Numbered from the stretch's first letter, positions 24,001 to 37,976 are shown. The stretch is 64,000 nt of DNA from Callorhinchus milii (GCF_018977255.1 NW_024704742.1:88228001-88292000); one strand, 5' to 3'. The notes: generated by a model from the sequence alone, not told the origin. A program made the numbers and translations.

Positions 24001-27000
24001 ATAGCGCCTTATCATGTCATTGAGACATCTCAAAGCGCTTCACAGAATATACTGTAAAGTGAATTGAGTACATATTTTTATGGGTGAATGGGGGGGGAGT
24101 TAGGTATAATGCCCTCTCTCCTCTCCCCCCACGACTTTGGTAGATGGTTTAACCAGTCACTGAAGATTCCATACTAATACTGTGTAATGTTTAAGTTAGT
24201 GAGGAGTCTGTTGGGAAAACATCTCACTTTACAGGGGCAAAGTGGGAGTCCAAGCCGGGGTGGAGATATAGGAACAGGTAAGAGGTGACTGAAGGTGTTG
24301 ATCGCCAAAGATTAGCGACCTTGTTTAGCTAACAGAATGTACCATTTTTGCTCCACATTTCCATAACGTGGGATTAAATATTTTACGTTAGTGTAATTTG
24401 TCTCAATCTCACAATGCTTTCATTTACATTTTGTTTTTCTTTTAAGCACCTCTTACAAAGTTTTCAGTCACTATGTCCTTCGGTTGAATTGTTTAGCGCT
24501 GTGTGGAAATTAGCTGTCTTGTTTGCCTGCAAAATACACAGCCACTACACTTTAGAGTAAATCCTGTGAAGTGCTTTGGGACAACCTCCTGATAATAATA
24601 ATAATAATAATCCTGATCCCCCTGTAAAGTGAATTGACTGTATATTTGTGGGCGAACGCGGCAGCCAATTGCGCACAGCAATGTCCCACAAACAAGTAAT
24701 ATAATAATAATAATAATCATGTGAAGTTACTTCGACTGCAAGCTAAGTATGATTTATTAGCTTACTATTTTTATTTGAATAGATTTGCCAAACAGTTTAA
24801 GGTGCTATTAACAAACAGTATTAACAAACAAGAAAACAATGCCTATTAAAATGTTTGAAAGCAATCTCAGTCAGTCGGCTAACAACAGCGTACTTCAGAG
24901 ATTTTACGTTCTAATAATAATAATCCTTGCATTTGATATACTGCCTTATCATGTCATTGAGACGTCTCAAAGTGCTTCACAGAATATACTGTAAAGTGGA
25001 TTGACTGTGTATTTTATTGGTTACAACACGTACATAAACTTGGGTTCTGTAATTGGTCTTCTGTAGGCAAAGCATATTAACTTATATCCATCCCAGCACA
25101 ATAACACAAAGAAAACTGTTCAATTCAACATGTCCCTACATCCGAGTCACTGTTAATGTATGTTTGGAAACATATAAAAATATTTTAAAAAGTGTTGAAA
25201 AATATTTTTGAGGAACCTTTTTTTTAGTAGGTGCACAAAACTGAAACACAGTGTAGTCCAGTGAAATGAATATTATGAAGTTTCTCTGGGCAGGCAGATC
25301 AATAATGGTCAAACCAACTCCACTCTTCCCTGCCCTGATAACATCCCAAGTATTAATGTTATTGGCGCTCTTGGTACAGAAGTGCAGCCAGTGCCTAACA
25401 GAGTTATGTAAGTTTTATGTTTTATCCTCACTCTCTCTCTCTAGATGCCCAAAAGGTGCAATAATTACAATTGTGCTGCCGCGTTTGCCTACAAATACAC
25501 AGTCACTCCATTTCACAGTAATTTCTGTGAAGCACTTTGAGACAATAACAACAACAACAAATTACATTTGTTTAGCCCATTTCATGTCAGGAGGAAGTCC
25601 CAAGGTGGTGGACAGTCAAAGATTTGCACGCGAGATGGGGGTTTGGATCAGGAGGGGTGGAAGTGAGGGAGGATGGGGGTAGGATAGTGATCAAAGGTGC
25701 AGTTGAAGATGAAGGTCTTGTGGCAGGGACGGAGGCAAGGAAGAGGGAGAGGCGAATGAACTGTGGGATGGAGTTCCAAAGGGAGGGGGCAGAAAGACTG
25801 AAGAAATGACTGCCGATGGTGGGGCGGGCCGGGTGGGGCGGGGGACATGGAGCAGGCAGGCTCCACTGACTAGAGCGAGCAGACAGATCAGAAAGAAGGT
25901 GGGAAACGTTCTTCTAACGTGATAAGGCGCAAGACTAAATGCAAGGATTATTATTATAAGTGGTAGTATTATTGCAGCATCCTGCACTTGGGATATCAGG
26001 GCAGAGATGAGACTGCAGCAACCGTAGTGAAGAGGCATCAGCCAGAGCTGCTTCTAATCACTTTCGTAGTGAGGTTTGTTGTCCTTCTTTGGCCTCGCTA
26101 AAAAGGGAACTGGTCATTCACGGGTTGAAAGGTTTTACAACAAATTGTGTGATTAAATTCCTTAAACACTTCTGTCCACTGCTAATCCTCTTTCGCCAAC
26201 GTACTTTTCAGTAAAAATTGCTGCACACCATGGTGCCTGATTTATATTTCTTTCTGAACAGGAAGTGGAGGGGATTAAAGTTTAAGGATTAAAACACTTA
26301 CTCTTCATTGCATTTTTCTGTGGGATGTTTCCTAGATACCGTTTACGCTGCTCAGTGACCCTCAGCCTCTTAGTGAACCTCTTTAGGGCATACGTAAAAT
26401 ATTTTAAATCAACCTTTCCGAGAACGTTCAAATAAATGCCTTTTCTACGTCTCCATTCAGAACAACGAATGGATTCTTGCTCCCTTATGGCATGCACTGC
26501 ACTTTCCCAGTTTTAAGCGACAATTATGAGCCATTGTTTGAAGTGAGGAACAAAAGGCATAGAAGGCAATAAAATATAATAGGATCATTTTTCAGTAATG
26601 AGCTGCCGTATTACTGCTCACTTGCCACAGGCTTGAGCAGCCGACTGTTTCCCTCCAGGTTGCGAAGTGGTGGGGGGTGAGAAACGTTTAAGTGTTTAAC
26701 TTTTGGTGAACCAATCTATCGGGAAATGTTTGTCTAAAGCTAAAAGAGAAAAACAAAATGTAAGTGGCATCCTTACAACTGTGAATGAGGCATAGGGAAT
26801 TTATCATCTGTTCTGTGCAAACCGGTGGGCAAACATGCTTCATATCCAGGTTTGGCCATTAATCCATCGGATGAAATTGGCCGTTCACTTCATTGCCTGT
26901 ATGTGGGGCATTGCTGTGCACAGATTGGCTACCGTACTCGCCTACAAAATACACAGTCGCTACACTTTACGGTATATCCTGTGATACATTTGAGGCTCTT

Positions 27001-27502
27001 GGATGAGATGATAAGGCGTTAGCTACATCAATTGCAAGGATTATTATTTGTATATTTGAACATGGTGGAGCTTCTGTCTAATTGTGGCACCGAGATTGCT
27101 GGCAGAAAGAATAACAGCTCAGTTCAACAAACTGCACCTCTGATACGTTGTTTCATAAGAGATTTGTTAGATGTGCTGTCAACTATGCTGCTGAATGTAT
27201 TAAGAAACATCACAACTTTCAAACTATCACTATATCTATTGTATCCAAACTATTACTCTGTTATACTTTGCGCTGGAACATTAGGATTTCAAAATCATTG
27301 ACAACTAGTCCTTCTGACAGGAAGCATTTGCTCTGTCATTGTACGTCCACACTCTGTAGATCAATTCATTGCTGAACTTTGATTGTAAATATAATATGTG
27401 CCAGATAGTACCAAGGGCCTTATTTATAACTTTCAACATCACAGCGGATTTCTATAACTTCTGGCATTAGTGATGTATCTGCCAAAAGGTTATACTGCAC
27501 TC

Positions 27503-27575
27503 CTCTCTCTCTTTCTCTTGATTTCTCTCTTTCCCCCTCTCTCTCTGTCTCTCTCTCTCTCTCACACACACACTC
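27503..27575. repeat. (CT)n(CA)n compound microsatellite
   Basis: Direct reading of the sequence. Confidence 0.9.
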
Positions 27576-28454
27576 ACCTACTAGTTAAGTCTTGGCAGAG
27601 ATTTTAAGTCTGTTAAGACTGTAGTCTATGATCACTCAGAATTCAATTCAATACAATGCAATTTAAAATGAAATTTAAATACTTCATGTCAATAGCCCAA
27701 TGAACAAAATTTCAGGTCAAAGTATAGTCATTACAAACTTACTTCATACTCAGTAATAATGTTTGCATTTGACATAGATTTCACGTGGGAAGAAGTCTCA
27801 AAGAACCTCACATGATATATTGTAAAGTATAGAATAATATATTCTCACTATTAAATCAATATATATTCTAAATATAACACACGACAGGTGTGTATTAAGT
27901 ACATATTAAGTCAGCTCTGATGTGCCTGTATTGCTCAGGTCTTGGCCAGTCGCACTCTGGGAATAATTATGCAGAGGAAATCTGGTCCAGGTTTTGCGTG
28001 TTCAAGTCAAATCAGTCTCTGGAGCACTTAACATACAGAAACCGTACTGGAAAAGGCTAGTAAGAATGCATCTCATGTTCCATTAAGCCTTTGTTTTGGA
28101 CTAAGGCAATAAAGCTTTAGAATGACTAAATATATTCATGCTGTGCTTGCTTCCCAATTTAGTTATTGGCTGAGCTGTAAGACAGATATTTCTGGGCTCC
28201 CAGACTCAAGGAGATTCTTAAGTTTAATGGGAAAGCCCTGGATTGTCTTGAGATAGCCAAGGAAAATTGGAATTCATCGAACTTCCTGTTTTTATTAAAT
28301 CAACAGCTGGTCATTTCCTTGATCACAGACAAGTCATTTATTTCCCCCCCCACCACCCCCAAAAGAAGGTCCTTGCTGCTTGGTGTGTTTTAGAACAAAT
28401 ATAACATTAACCTGTGTTTATATACTACTGCTTGAGTCTTGCTATTAAACAAAG

Positions 28455-29050
28455 TTACATAGCATGATACAACATGCAAACAGGCCATTTGGCCCTAATC
28501 ATCTGGCTGGTGTTCATACCCCACACTAGTCTCTGCCCCTCCTATTCCCCATGTCCCAAACCCCTTTATTCCCTTCTCCCTCATGTATGCATCATGTTTT
28601 CTCTTAAACGCATTGATACTTTTTGCTTCAACCACAGTTTCTGACAGTGAGTTCCATGCTTTCACCACCCTCCGAGTGAATTTAACATAACATAACATGT
28701 AGGAGCAGGAGTAGGCCTGCCCCACCATTCAATCATGGCTGATCTTCTAATCTAACTCCAGCTAATAACCTGACCCTGCCTTATCCCCATATCCCTTAAT
28801 CCCATTTGCAATAAGAAATCTATCTATCTCAGTCTTGAATATGTTCAAGGACTGAGTGTCAACAGTCCTTTGGGGTAGTGAGTTCCATACATTCACTACC
28901 CTTTGAGTGAAGAGGTTCTTCCTCAACTCAGTGTGAAAGGGCTGGCTTCTGATTTTAAGGTTCTGACCCCTGGTTTTAGTTTCTTCAACCAGGAGAAACA
29001 ATCTCCCACTATCTACTCTATCATGCCCTTTGATAATCTTATAGGTTTCA
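28455..29050 (-). mobile_element. Two tandem CR1-clade LINE 3' fragments
   Basis: KTRGQNLKIRSQPFHTELRKNLFTQRVVNVWNSLPQ...FKTEIDRFL and FTRRVVKAWNSLSETVVEAKSINAFKR are CR1 ORF2 C-terminal motifs. Confidence 0.9.
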
Positions 29051-31128
29051 GGTTATAGGTTACACTTACAATTGTGTGCAAATTAAGTTTTGAAAGAGTT
29101 GACAAGAACAGAATAAAACCCGCGAGGGTTTGCAAAAGAATTTGTGATAACTGAACGCTCCAGGTACCAGATGGGACGATAGGTGTGCCCAGGGGTCAGT
29201 CAGAGATTTCAGGGATGATTCTGGGTACCCATAGGACTCCCTGTTTGTGATTCCTTTTGCAGATCCAGTAAATTCTCTGTAATGTGGTAATGCTGGTTCT
29301 GGGATTCTGGGATCTACTCTTTGTCAGATCTATACTGAGAGACTTGTGGTTCAGAATTTGTTGCATGAGAATAGGGGCACGAGGAAGGGGAAGAAGATGA
29401 CAACAACAATAATAAATTACATTGTCCGGGACAATGTCCTAAAGTGCTGAACAGTCAAGGATGTGCACCCGAGCTGGGGTTGGGATCATGAGGGGTAGAG
29501 GGCAGGGAGGGTGGGCAACGAAAGTGACCAAAGGTATGGTTGAAGAGGAAGGTCTTGAGATGGATCTTGAAGGAGGCAAGGGAAAGGGCGGGTGAAGGGA
29601 CAGAATGATTTCGTTCTGCGTTTTTTTTGTAGTCAAGGCAAACTAGTATCAAATCGACGAAACGAAAAGTATATAAGTAACTAAAACAAAAAAAACCAAG
29701 AGGGTTGGAAAAAAACTGGGAAAAATAAAAAAATATTTTGAAAAATTGAGGCAATGCCAAGATACAAAATGGGATTGCCTTGTGCTTGCAGTGTCTGGAT
29801 CAACGAGCTTGGAGTCAGAACCAGTTGTTTCTGTGAAAGGCGCTATACAAATGTAATTTTGTTGTTTCCTGGGTGAACCACATCTGAACAGTAAATGACA
29901 GTACTGCAGTGCTGGGGGAGGGCTGCAATGTTGGATGTGTCATCCTTCATATTAGACTTTAAATCAAACTCCTGTCTCTTTTTGAATGGTGCCATGAGAG
30001 ATTTAACACTGGTCAATGTTAAAAATCTCACGGCCCTAGTCAAAAAAGAAGGGAGTTTCTCCCCCGTGTACTGGCCAACAATCCCCCAAATAACAATGGT
30101 CATTCGCTCCATAGCTGTTTGCAGGACATTGTTGGGCGCTAATTGACTGAAACATATTTCCTTCAAATTACACTTTACAGCAATTCCATGTGAAGCACTT
30201 TGAGGACTTTCAAATGTCAGAGGCACTGAAATTACTATGATTTCTAATGATGACATAATCACAAGTACTTTTTGTTCCTTGTAGTGTTGAAGCACCCTTT
30301 CAAAACTACATTTGTTAAAAGTAATGTCTCAACACACAAAGTAAAGAGTGCTCGCACTTGTACAATGTAAAGGAACCCATGACTAACAGGGTGTGACAGA
30401 AGAGCTATTAGACTGTTTTGCAAGGACAGTGGAAACCCACTACTCAGCTATTCACGGGGCCTTTATCACCTTAGAATTTTTATGGGGATTTTCGCTTTAT
30501 GAATTCACATTTTTGCACAGGCTTGCTTGGCTTTGTGCCAAGGCTCAAGTTTAATTAAAGTCATAATTCAGTTTTAAAACAATTCATTGTTTCTTTGTCT
30601 TTTATTGTTATCATTACCAGGGAATGTTTTTCTCATTGCCAAGGCGAGACAAAAGCTTGCAACTGAAACAACAAAGAACCCTCAGATGCCTGGTGAACTG
30701 ACAGCGGCTGAGTTCACCAGGGCTTATAATGATCATATGCTGACTTTGACTTGTAAAACTGAGTTCTAGAAAACAGGTTTGCTACATGATGTAGAAAGTG
30801 GAGTCTGGTTAGAGCGCTCGCTTCACAAGCGAGAGGACCTGGGTTCGATTCCCGGGCAGAGCAAAATCTCAGGCAAGTTTTTTTACTCCACATGCCTCTG
30901 TTTACCGAGCGGTAAGTAGCAACCTGATTGTTAGTTGATTAGCGCATCGCTTTTCGGGGGTAATAATTCCTTACAAAAATGTGGTCACTCAATCCACAAT
31001 TGTTTGTGGGACACTGCTGTGGGCAATTAACCACTGCTCTGGGATACGCCCCAGAGTGGAGACCACTAAATAAATGCAAGTTGTTGTTGATTTGCCCACA
31101 AAATATAAAGTCAAATTCACTTTACAGT

Positions 31129-31266
31129 TTCTCAGTTCTGATGAAAGGTCAATGACCTGAAACGTTAACTCATTTTCCTCTCTCCATGGATGCTGTCTGA
31201 CCTGCTGCGTGTTTCCAGCGACTTCTGTATTTACACCAGATTTCCAGCATCTACGGTACTTTGCCT
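31129..31266 (+). mobile_element. Penelope-like element pseudo-LTR fragment inserted into a tRNA-SINE
   Basis: 13-bp TSD with one mismatch: TTCACTTTACAGT at 31116-31128 and TTCACTTGACAGT at 31267-31279. The SINE sequence resumes after the insert. Diverged homolog of the other two copies. Confidence 0.75.
31134..31170 (+). ncRNA. Minimal type-I hammerhead ribozyme motif (copy 3)
   Basis: AGUU-CUGAUGA-A-AGGUC(AAU)GACCU-GAAA-CGUU-AACU. Stem I AGUU/AACU; the stem II closing pair is A-U where the other copies have G-C. Confidence 0.72.
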
Positions 31267-31449
31267 TTCACTTGACAGTATATCCTGTGAAGCATTTTGA
31301 GACGACTCAACGACCTGATAAGGCATGTCAAATACAAGGATTATTATGATCATAAAGTGCTCAGTGTGTACAGTTTAGGTGCTGGGTACTCACAGAGCAA
31401 GACAAAGGAAACCTCTTTGTGGGGTCTAATTTGCAGCATCTTTTTGATA

Positions 31450-31915
31450 AGAATTGTCAAGGTCTTGAAGAGGGTACAAAGGAGATTTACCAGAATGATA
31501 CCAGGGATTAGGGATTTCAGTTATGTGGAGATACTAGAGAGGCTGGAAATGTTCTCCTTAGAACAGAAAAGGTTGATGGGAGATTTAATAGAGTTGTTGA
31601 AAATTATGAGGGGTTTTGATAGAACAGATAAGGAGAAACTGTTTCTACTGGCAGTTGGGTTGGTATAAGAGGACACAGATTTAAAATAATTGGCAAAAGA
31701 ACCAGAGTGTTGTTATAATTGGAATGCACTGCCTGAAAGTTGGTGGAAGCAGATTGAATAATAACTTTCAAAAGGGTACTGGATACATACTTGAAAAGGA
31801 AAAAATTGCAAGGTGAAAGAGCTGGGGAGTGGGAGTAGTTGGATAGCTCTTTTAAAGAGCAGGCAGAGGCATGATGGGCCGAATGGTCTCCTGTTTTGTA
31901 GGATTCTATGATTCT
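31450..31915 (+). mobile_element. CR1-clade LINE 3' fragment
   Basis: LKRVQRRFTRMIPGIRDFSYVEILERLEMFSLEQKRLMGDLIE; tail GATTCTATGATTCT. Other CR1 pieces at about 6040-6250(-), 6530-6800, 7100-7320, 12130-12430, 19440-19750(-), 40660-40800, 41950-42200(-), 51730-52010, 52470-52830, 60770-61020. Confidence 0.9.
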
Positions 31916-33071
31916 GTGAACATTGAGGTGGGAATGGCTGTTACAAGAAAGGAAACCATTCAAGATTCAGTTCACTAGTTTGTGAATCTCAAAGGCATGT
32001 TACATAGGAACTCAAAACCAAACATTGAACACGTTTCCTGAGCTCTCCTGTTTCATGTTGCTGACGTCTGGTATAACCATCAGCATTATAGTGCCAACAG
32101 TTAATATCTCAGGGAACTCAAAAGGCCTGAAACATCATTTAATTATAGTCTGTAAAGCCATTTTGTCTTTTAAGTGCTCTGAGGCACTACCCACATGAAG
32201 AGTGCTATATAAATACCAGTTGTTTTTGTTGTTAAAATTTACGATCATGCAGAAATGTGGAAAATCGTGGAAAATTCTTAAATTCAGCCTTCACTTGGAA
32301 GACGAAAAACACAGGGTTTTGTCAGCCTGTTCCAGTGACCAATAAAGTTGGTCATTCACTTTATGGCTGTTTGTGGAACATTGCTGTGCGCATATTGGCT
32401 AGTGTATTCACCTACGAAACATATAGTGACTACACTTTACATTATATCCGGTGAAGAGCAGTGACAACCACCTGACGTGAAAGGCGCTATACCAAATGTA
32501 AGGATTATTAGGATTATTATCTAATGTTAAATTCCCATGGCACTATTCAAAAAATGTGTTTCTCCATGTCTCTCCAGGTCAACAGTCCCAGATAAATAAG
32601 TCATTCTCTTCATTGCTATCTTTGGGACATTGATATTCACAAAATGACTGCCACGTTTGCCTACAAAAACATACTCAATTACACTTTTGAGCGATTCCCT
32701 GTAAAGTGCTTTGAGATGATTGACTGATGTAGGTGCTACATCCAAAGCAAGGATTATTATCATCACAGCAATTTCACCCCAGGTTACCAAGCATTCATTA
32801 AGACTGAAATTAAAATATATTAATCCAAACTTGGCAGCTTTCCACGAGCGAGCTGGCCAGTACAGAAAAGTTAACTGTTAAATTAAGTAACATACGATTA
32901 AAATCAATGTGATTTCATGTTATTTCACTTTTTTGCAAGAACATGTGTTGCTGATCATGAAGACTTGGGTCCAGTATCTAAGGACATATGACTGGATTTG
33001 AAGTGCAACTATATTTCAAAGTATGAATTATGGCTTTTATTGAAATTTAACCCAGTTCTATGTTATATCCT

Positions 33072-33446
33072 GGTGGAATCCTGTAGCGTAGTGGTTAGCG
33101 TGCTCACTTTGCAAACAAGAGGATCTGGGTTCGATTCCTGGGCAGGCCAAAACCTTACGCAAGTTTCCTTACTCCAGACTCCTCTGTTTACCTAGCAATA
33201 AGTAGGAACCCAGTTGTTAGTTGATTGGCGGGTCACTTTCCGTGGTAATAATTCCTCTGGCAAAAAATGTGGTCACTCAATCCATGACTTTTTTTGACAC
33301 AATTCTGCGTGCAATGGCTGCCAAATTTCACGCACCAAATACACAATCAATCCATTTTACAATATGTTCTGTGAAAAGCTTTGAAACGTCTCAACGGAAT
33401 ATTAAGGCGCTATATCAAATGCAAGGATTAATATTATTATTATTAT
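33072..33446 (+). mobile_element. Family A SINE (long form), about 90 bp from the zinc finger 5 exon donor
   Basis: tRNA head with A and B boxes, GTTTACCTAGCAATAAGTAGGAACC segment, ATT-rich tail. Confidence 0.88.
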
Positions 33447-33535
33447 TTAACGCATGCCGATCCTGGATTCACTTCACTTTAGAAACAAACAAATGTATTT
33501 ATTTCTATTTATGCAGGGCCCCTCAATCAACTCAC

Positions 33536-33646
33536 CTTCTTCCGCGCCTGCTGTTCTTTTGTGGAATGTGCCTTCACGTGCTTTCTGAGGGAGCTTGGGT
33601 CCGTGTACCGCTTAGTACAGCCCGGGATCTGACAGGCGTATGGTTT
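33536..33646 (-). CDS. GLIS3: GLIS3 internal coding exon (equivalent to human exon 6): zinc finger 5 and basic tail
   Basis: Minus strand reads [37 protein letters not shown] (111 nt, phase 0-0). Polypyrimidine tract plus ctgtAG acceptor, GTgag donor at 33535-33531. GCTKRY and KEQQARKK match GLIS3 as recalled. Confidence 0.97.
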
Positions 33647-35914
33647 CTACAGAAAAAAACGGAGAGAACAACAGCAGCTTTAATGTGACAGACTCAAGCT
33701 CATCATGAGGTCTCATCCTCTGCACTGCACACACTCTTTATCCTGGTCTCTGACTAATCATCTTCACTTGGATCTAAAGCACAATGCCATGCAAAAAACA
33801 GAAAGACAGGTTTACCGATCAACATTCGTTTACCAACAGAGCAAATAACTGAGTGGTGCATCTAATGTGATAGCATGTGAGTCATCAAGCAGGCAGGAAG
33901 GGTGATGTCTTCCTCCTGCTCAGATCCCTCCACCCATCCACCCACCAGCAGTTGAGACTCGCCTATTCCCTGCTCTCTACCTTTTAACCTCTTTAGGATT
34001 TGAATCCGTTTTCATTTCCCTGAAAGCTCTTGCAGCTGACTTTGGCGATTATACTTACAATCATTTGAGCCCCTGAGACTATGAGGCATAGTCAGAAACG
34101 ATTAGCAACAGAAAGCGGTTAGGGATTCAGCTCAAGAGACAGCAGAAAGATCCACTCAATGGTACCTGATCACTACAGGAGAACAACAACTGGGAAAGAC
34201 AGAGAGAGAAAAGGTAGAGATAAGAGTTTAGTTTTGATGTGTGTAAAGAGAGGGGTTCAGAAAGCAAGTTGTTTTTGCAAACAGTTTTGAGCAACTTATT
34301 GACTGCCATGGCCCCACCTGCAGTGACAAATGATTTCAAGGGGAAGAGCAATTCTAGGCACTTTGTGCTTCCCGCACCAATAGTGTCGTGACCCATTCTA
34401 TTTTGTTCAGTAAGTTTAGCAAATTTTCACTTATGAATAAAAGTAAACCCTTTTTTTTATCATAAATGACAAGAATATTAATGAACGCAGAATAAAATTA
34501 TGCTGGCTTTATCTTTCAGGGTTACCAGGAGCTGAGTGGGAAGAATCTCTAATCTGTCCTTTCAAGTCCTGCTGTTGAACCAGACTGGTTGATCTGTCAT
34601 CAGCAGTGCACTGCAGTACTGCGGACCTGCCTGGCTCAGGAACCGGACTATCAAAATCACCACAGAGGGTTGATTCACTTCCCGCATTACTTTACCGAGC
34701 ATGTCGCATTGGAGCCAGCTCAGTTCCAAAGAGTTCCCACTTACCTCGAGGAGGATTTAAATCACATTACAGTTATTTATAAGTGCACTGGGACAAATGG
34801 AACTGAAAAGCCCCATATCAATAAGTTGGCTGCAATGGAGAACATGAAGAAGGCCTGCCCATGGATTGGCTGTGACTGATGGATGCTTAAAGAGGAGAAT
34901 AACTCTTTTGGTGTTCACTGGAAACCAACCACAATTGGATAACAACTGTTTGGGCTTTGGAAGTCTCAAGATTTTTCCAAAATATCACTCCTTTGAAAAA
35001 TGCCCATGCATTGGGGATTTAGGAGGTGATTTTGAACTGCGTTGTTAAGTGTGAGAATGTGCAATTTAGAGTGAAATTTTTTCCGTTATATTTCCAATTC
35101 ATTTGAAAGCTAGCGCTTAGCCACAAGCAAAATATCTCACCAGGGAGGGAGATAGGGTAGGAGAAATCTATTTGTGGGTAAAATGTATACTGGTGTGCAC
35201 TTGAATTCCCAATATAAACTTAAGGTGCGAACTTTAATAACCAGCAGAGTTGTGTCCAATTATATTGACATTGTAAAGTGTTTTTGTTGCAGACAAGAGA
35301 ACAGTCAGTGGGGTCCTGAATATGACCCTACACAAGAGGAAAGAGTCAGGTTAGGCTGAAAACCCTTTCCTTCTCACTGTCATCTCAAATTGGCTTGACT
35401 TCTTTTGGAAATCATTAAACATTTGAACATGTTGGCTGCACTAAGGTTAACAGAAGCAGTGGGGTTAGAACTTTTGTTTTGTGACACTAGGTCAGTTGGC
35501 ATTGGTGACGTACCTAAGGCTAAGAGTTTCTGAATTGAATGCAAAGAAACTTGAGGGAGATTACAGGACTTCTATAATGGGTAATGTTCTGGACTCAGAT
35601 AAACCAGATCCACATCTCCAGACTCATGGATCTCAAACCCACTCATGAGCCAGATGGTTATTTGCATTCTGGAGGCTTTGTGTGATCCCTTTGGAGTTCA
35701 GAGAGCATCTACTCAAAGCTTGTCAGGAGAGAATGGGTAGGGTGGTATCCTCAAGGAGGAATGTTTCTGTGGACAGTGGAACAACTGACTTTTACAGAGC
35801 AAATATCATTTTCTCATTCCAAACTTACACACTCCTTCACAACCTGTCACACTTGTTCTGGTACAACCCAGTATTTTATGGGAATATGGGTTAAACAACA
35901 TGTTTAACCAAGTA

Positions 35915-36680
35915 TGCATACTCCACCTTACTAAACCAGTCCGGAACTTTGGAATCTTGTTTGACCCTCAACTATCCTTTCTACCCCACATCCATGCCAT
36001 GTCCGGCTCTGCCTTCCCCCATCTACGCAACATTTCCAGGCTCTGCCACTGTCTCACACTGCAGACCACCGAGAACCTCATTCATGCATTCATAACATCC
36101 AGGCTCGACTACGCAAACTCCCTGCTTGTTGGCCTCCCCAACTCCTCCTCCATAGGCTTCAGATCATTCAGAAATTTGCAGCCGGTGACCTCTCCTGCAC
36201 CAGGCTCCGTGACCCTATCACCCCAATCGTTGCCCGATTCCACTGGCTTCCCATCACACAGAGGGATCAAGATTCTGGTTCTCACCTTCAAAGCCCTCCA
36301 CGGTTTTGCTCCCCCCTACCTCTGCGATCTTCTAATCCCCGACCAACCTGCCCGCTCCCTCCGCTCAGTGGGCTCTGGCCTGTTTCACGTCTCCTGACTC
36401 ACCCTCTCCACCATTGGTGGGTGAACTTTCAGCCACTCTGCCCCCACCCTCTGGCAACTCCATCCCACAATCCCTTTGCCTCGCCTACTCCCTTGCCTTC
36501 TTCAAGACCCATCTCAAGACCCTCCTATTTGACTGTGGCTTAGGTCACCCTCCTTCACCTCCCGCCCTCCACCCTCCTGATTCCGACCCCAGCTCGGGTC
36601 CGAAACACTGATTATCCAGCACCTTAGATCATCCTCTCATTGTGAAAGACGCTATACAAATGTATTTTGTTGTTGTTGTT
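35915..36680 (+). mobile_element. LINE-2 clade 3' fragment (ORF2 C-terminus, 3' UTR, (TTG)n tail), frameshifted
   Basis: VRNFGILFDPQLSFLPHI...HLRNISRL...LIHAFITSRLDYANSLLVGLP...FKALHGFAPPYLCDLL are typical L2 post-RT motifs; ends in a stem-loop plus TTG repeats. Confidence 0.92.
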
Positions 36681-36926
36681 TAATTATTCAAAAGTTACAA
36701 TAATTTAATGGTGACCAATAATTTAATTTAACAATGATTGAATTTAATAGTGATCGATGATTTAGTGGTGGCAAAAATTTACATTGCCCTAAAATTGTTG
36801 AACAACATAGAGTTTACCCCAACTTTTTTTCTCTAGCAAAAATAAAATAGAACGGGGGATGGGGATGGAAGAATCGGTTTGGTGGGGTTTAATTTGATGA
36901 TATTCATTTTTGCAATAATAATAAAA

Positions 36927-37241
36927 TTAATAATAATAATAATAATCCTTGCATTTGATATAGCACTCTTCACGTCGGGAGGACGTCCCAAAGCGCTTCA
37001 CAGAATATACTGTAAAGTGAATTGACTGTATATTTGTAGGCGGACACGGCAGCCAATTGCGCACAGCAGCATCCCACAAACAGTCGTGGATTGAAAATGA
37101 CCAATTTATTATTGTTTTGGGTTTTGGAGGGATTATTATTAAGCATGTGGAGTAAGGAAGCTTCCACAAGATTTCGCCCTGCCTGGAATTGAACTCAGGT
37201 CTCTCGCTTGCAAAGCGAGTGCTCTAACTACTGAGCTACAG
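36927..37241 (-). mobile_element. Family A SINE (short young form)
   Basis: Closely matches 8968-9283 along its length. Confidence 0.92.
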
Positions 37242-37976
37242 AACTAATGCTTGCATTTGATATAGCGCCTTATTACGCCTTCTAGACATCTCAAAGCATT
37301 TGTATTCGTTGCACTAATTGCAACTTCCATTTTATGAAATTTGCAAATTGTGACCCTTAATCTGACAAAATCCGAACAAAGGCAATGAGCAAACCTGAGC
37401 CTTTTCCCACTTTGCTAATTGGGAAACTGAGAGCTGCTTATTCCAATGCCCAGAACTTACAATTCAGATATTAAACCCATTTGTGAATATAAGCGTTAGA
37501 AAATAACAATACATTAAATTTGTATCGTGCCTTTCGTGTCGGAAAGATATCTCAAAGTGCTAACCCAGACATCCTCAATAAACATTGGGAAAGCTGAATT
37601 AGGAGTGGCAAATGAGTTGAACAAAAGTAATTTCATCTACAATATGATAGTTATGATTTTCAAAACAATTTCTCCAAGGAAAAATGTTGCTACATTTATA
37701 TTATTAGTGCCGTTGGAAATACGGTTAACGTTAATAAATAGGATTGAGGCAGTTTACATCACGCAGAAGCATTACATCTTATTCAAAAGCCAACAGAGGG
37801 CATCAATTGCTCTGTTCCTTTTGTGATTAGTGCTGTAGAATTTTACACTGATTAAAAGAAGGTGTTAGAATAAATTAGAGATGGAAGCAGAGAGAAGTGT
37901 TAGTTCACAATTCTGGCTCTTCATCATGCAATCTGAAAGATTAGGTTTGGGAGTGATATGGATCATGGGATCTTAC

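Larger units (their letters stand above)
30798..31348 (+). mobile_element. Family A SINE (long form) interrupted by an L2-type tail fragment (about 31034-31090) and a Penelope-like insert
   Basis: tRNA head GGTTAGAGCG...GGTTCGATTCC, internal GTTTACCGAGCGGTAAGTAGCAACC segment, 3' tail CAAGGATTATTAT. Confidence 0.85.
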
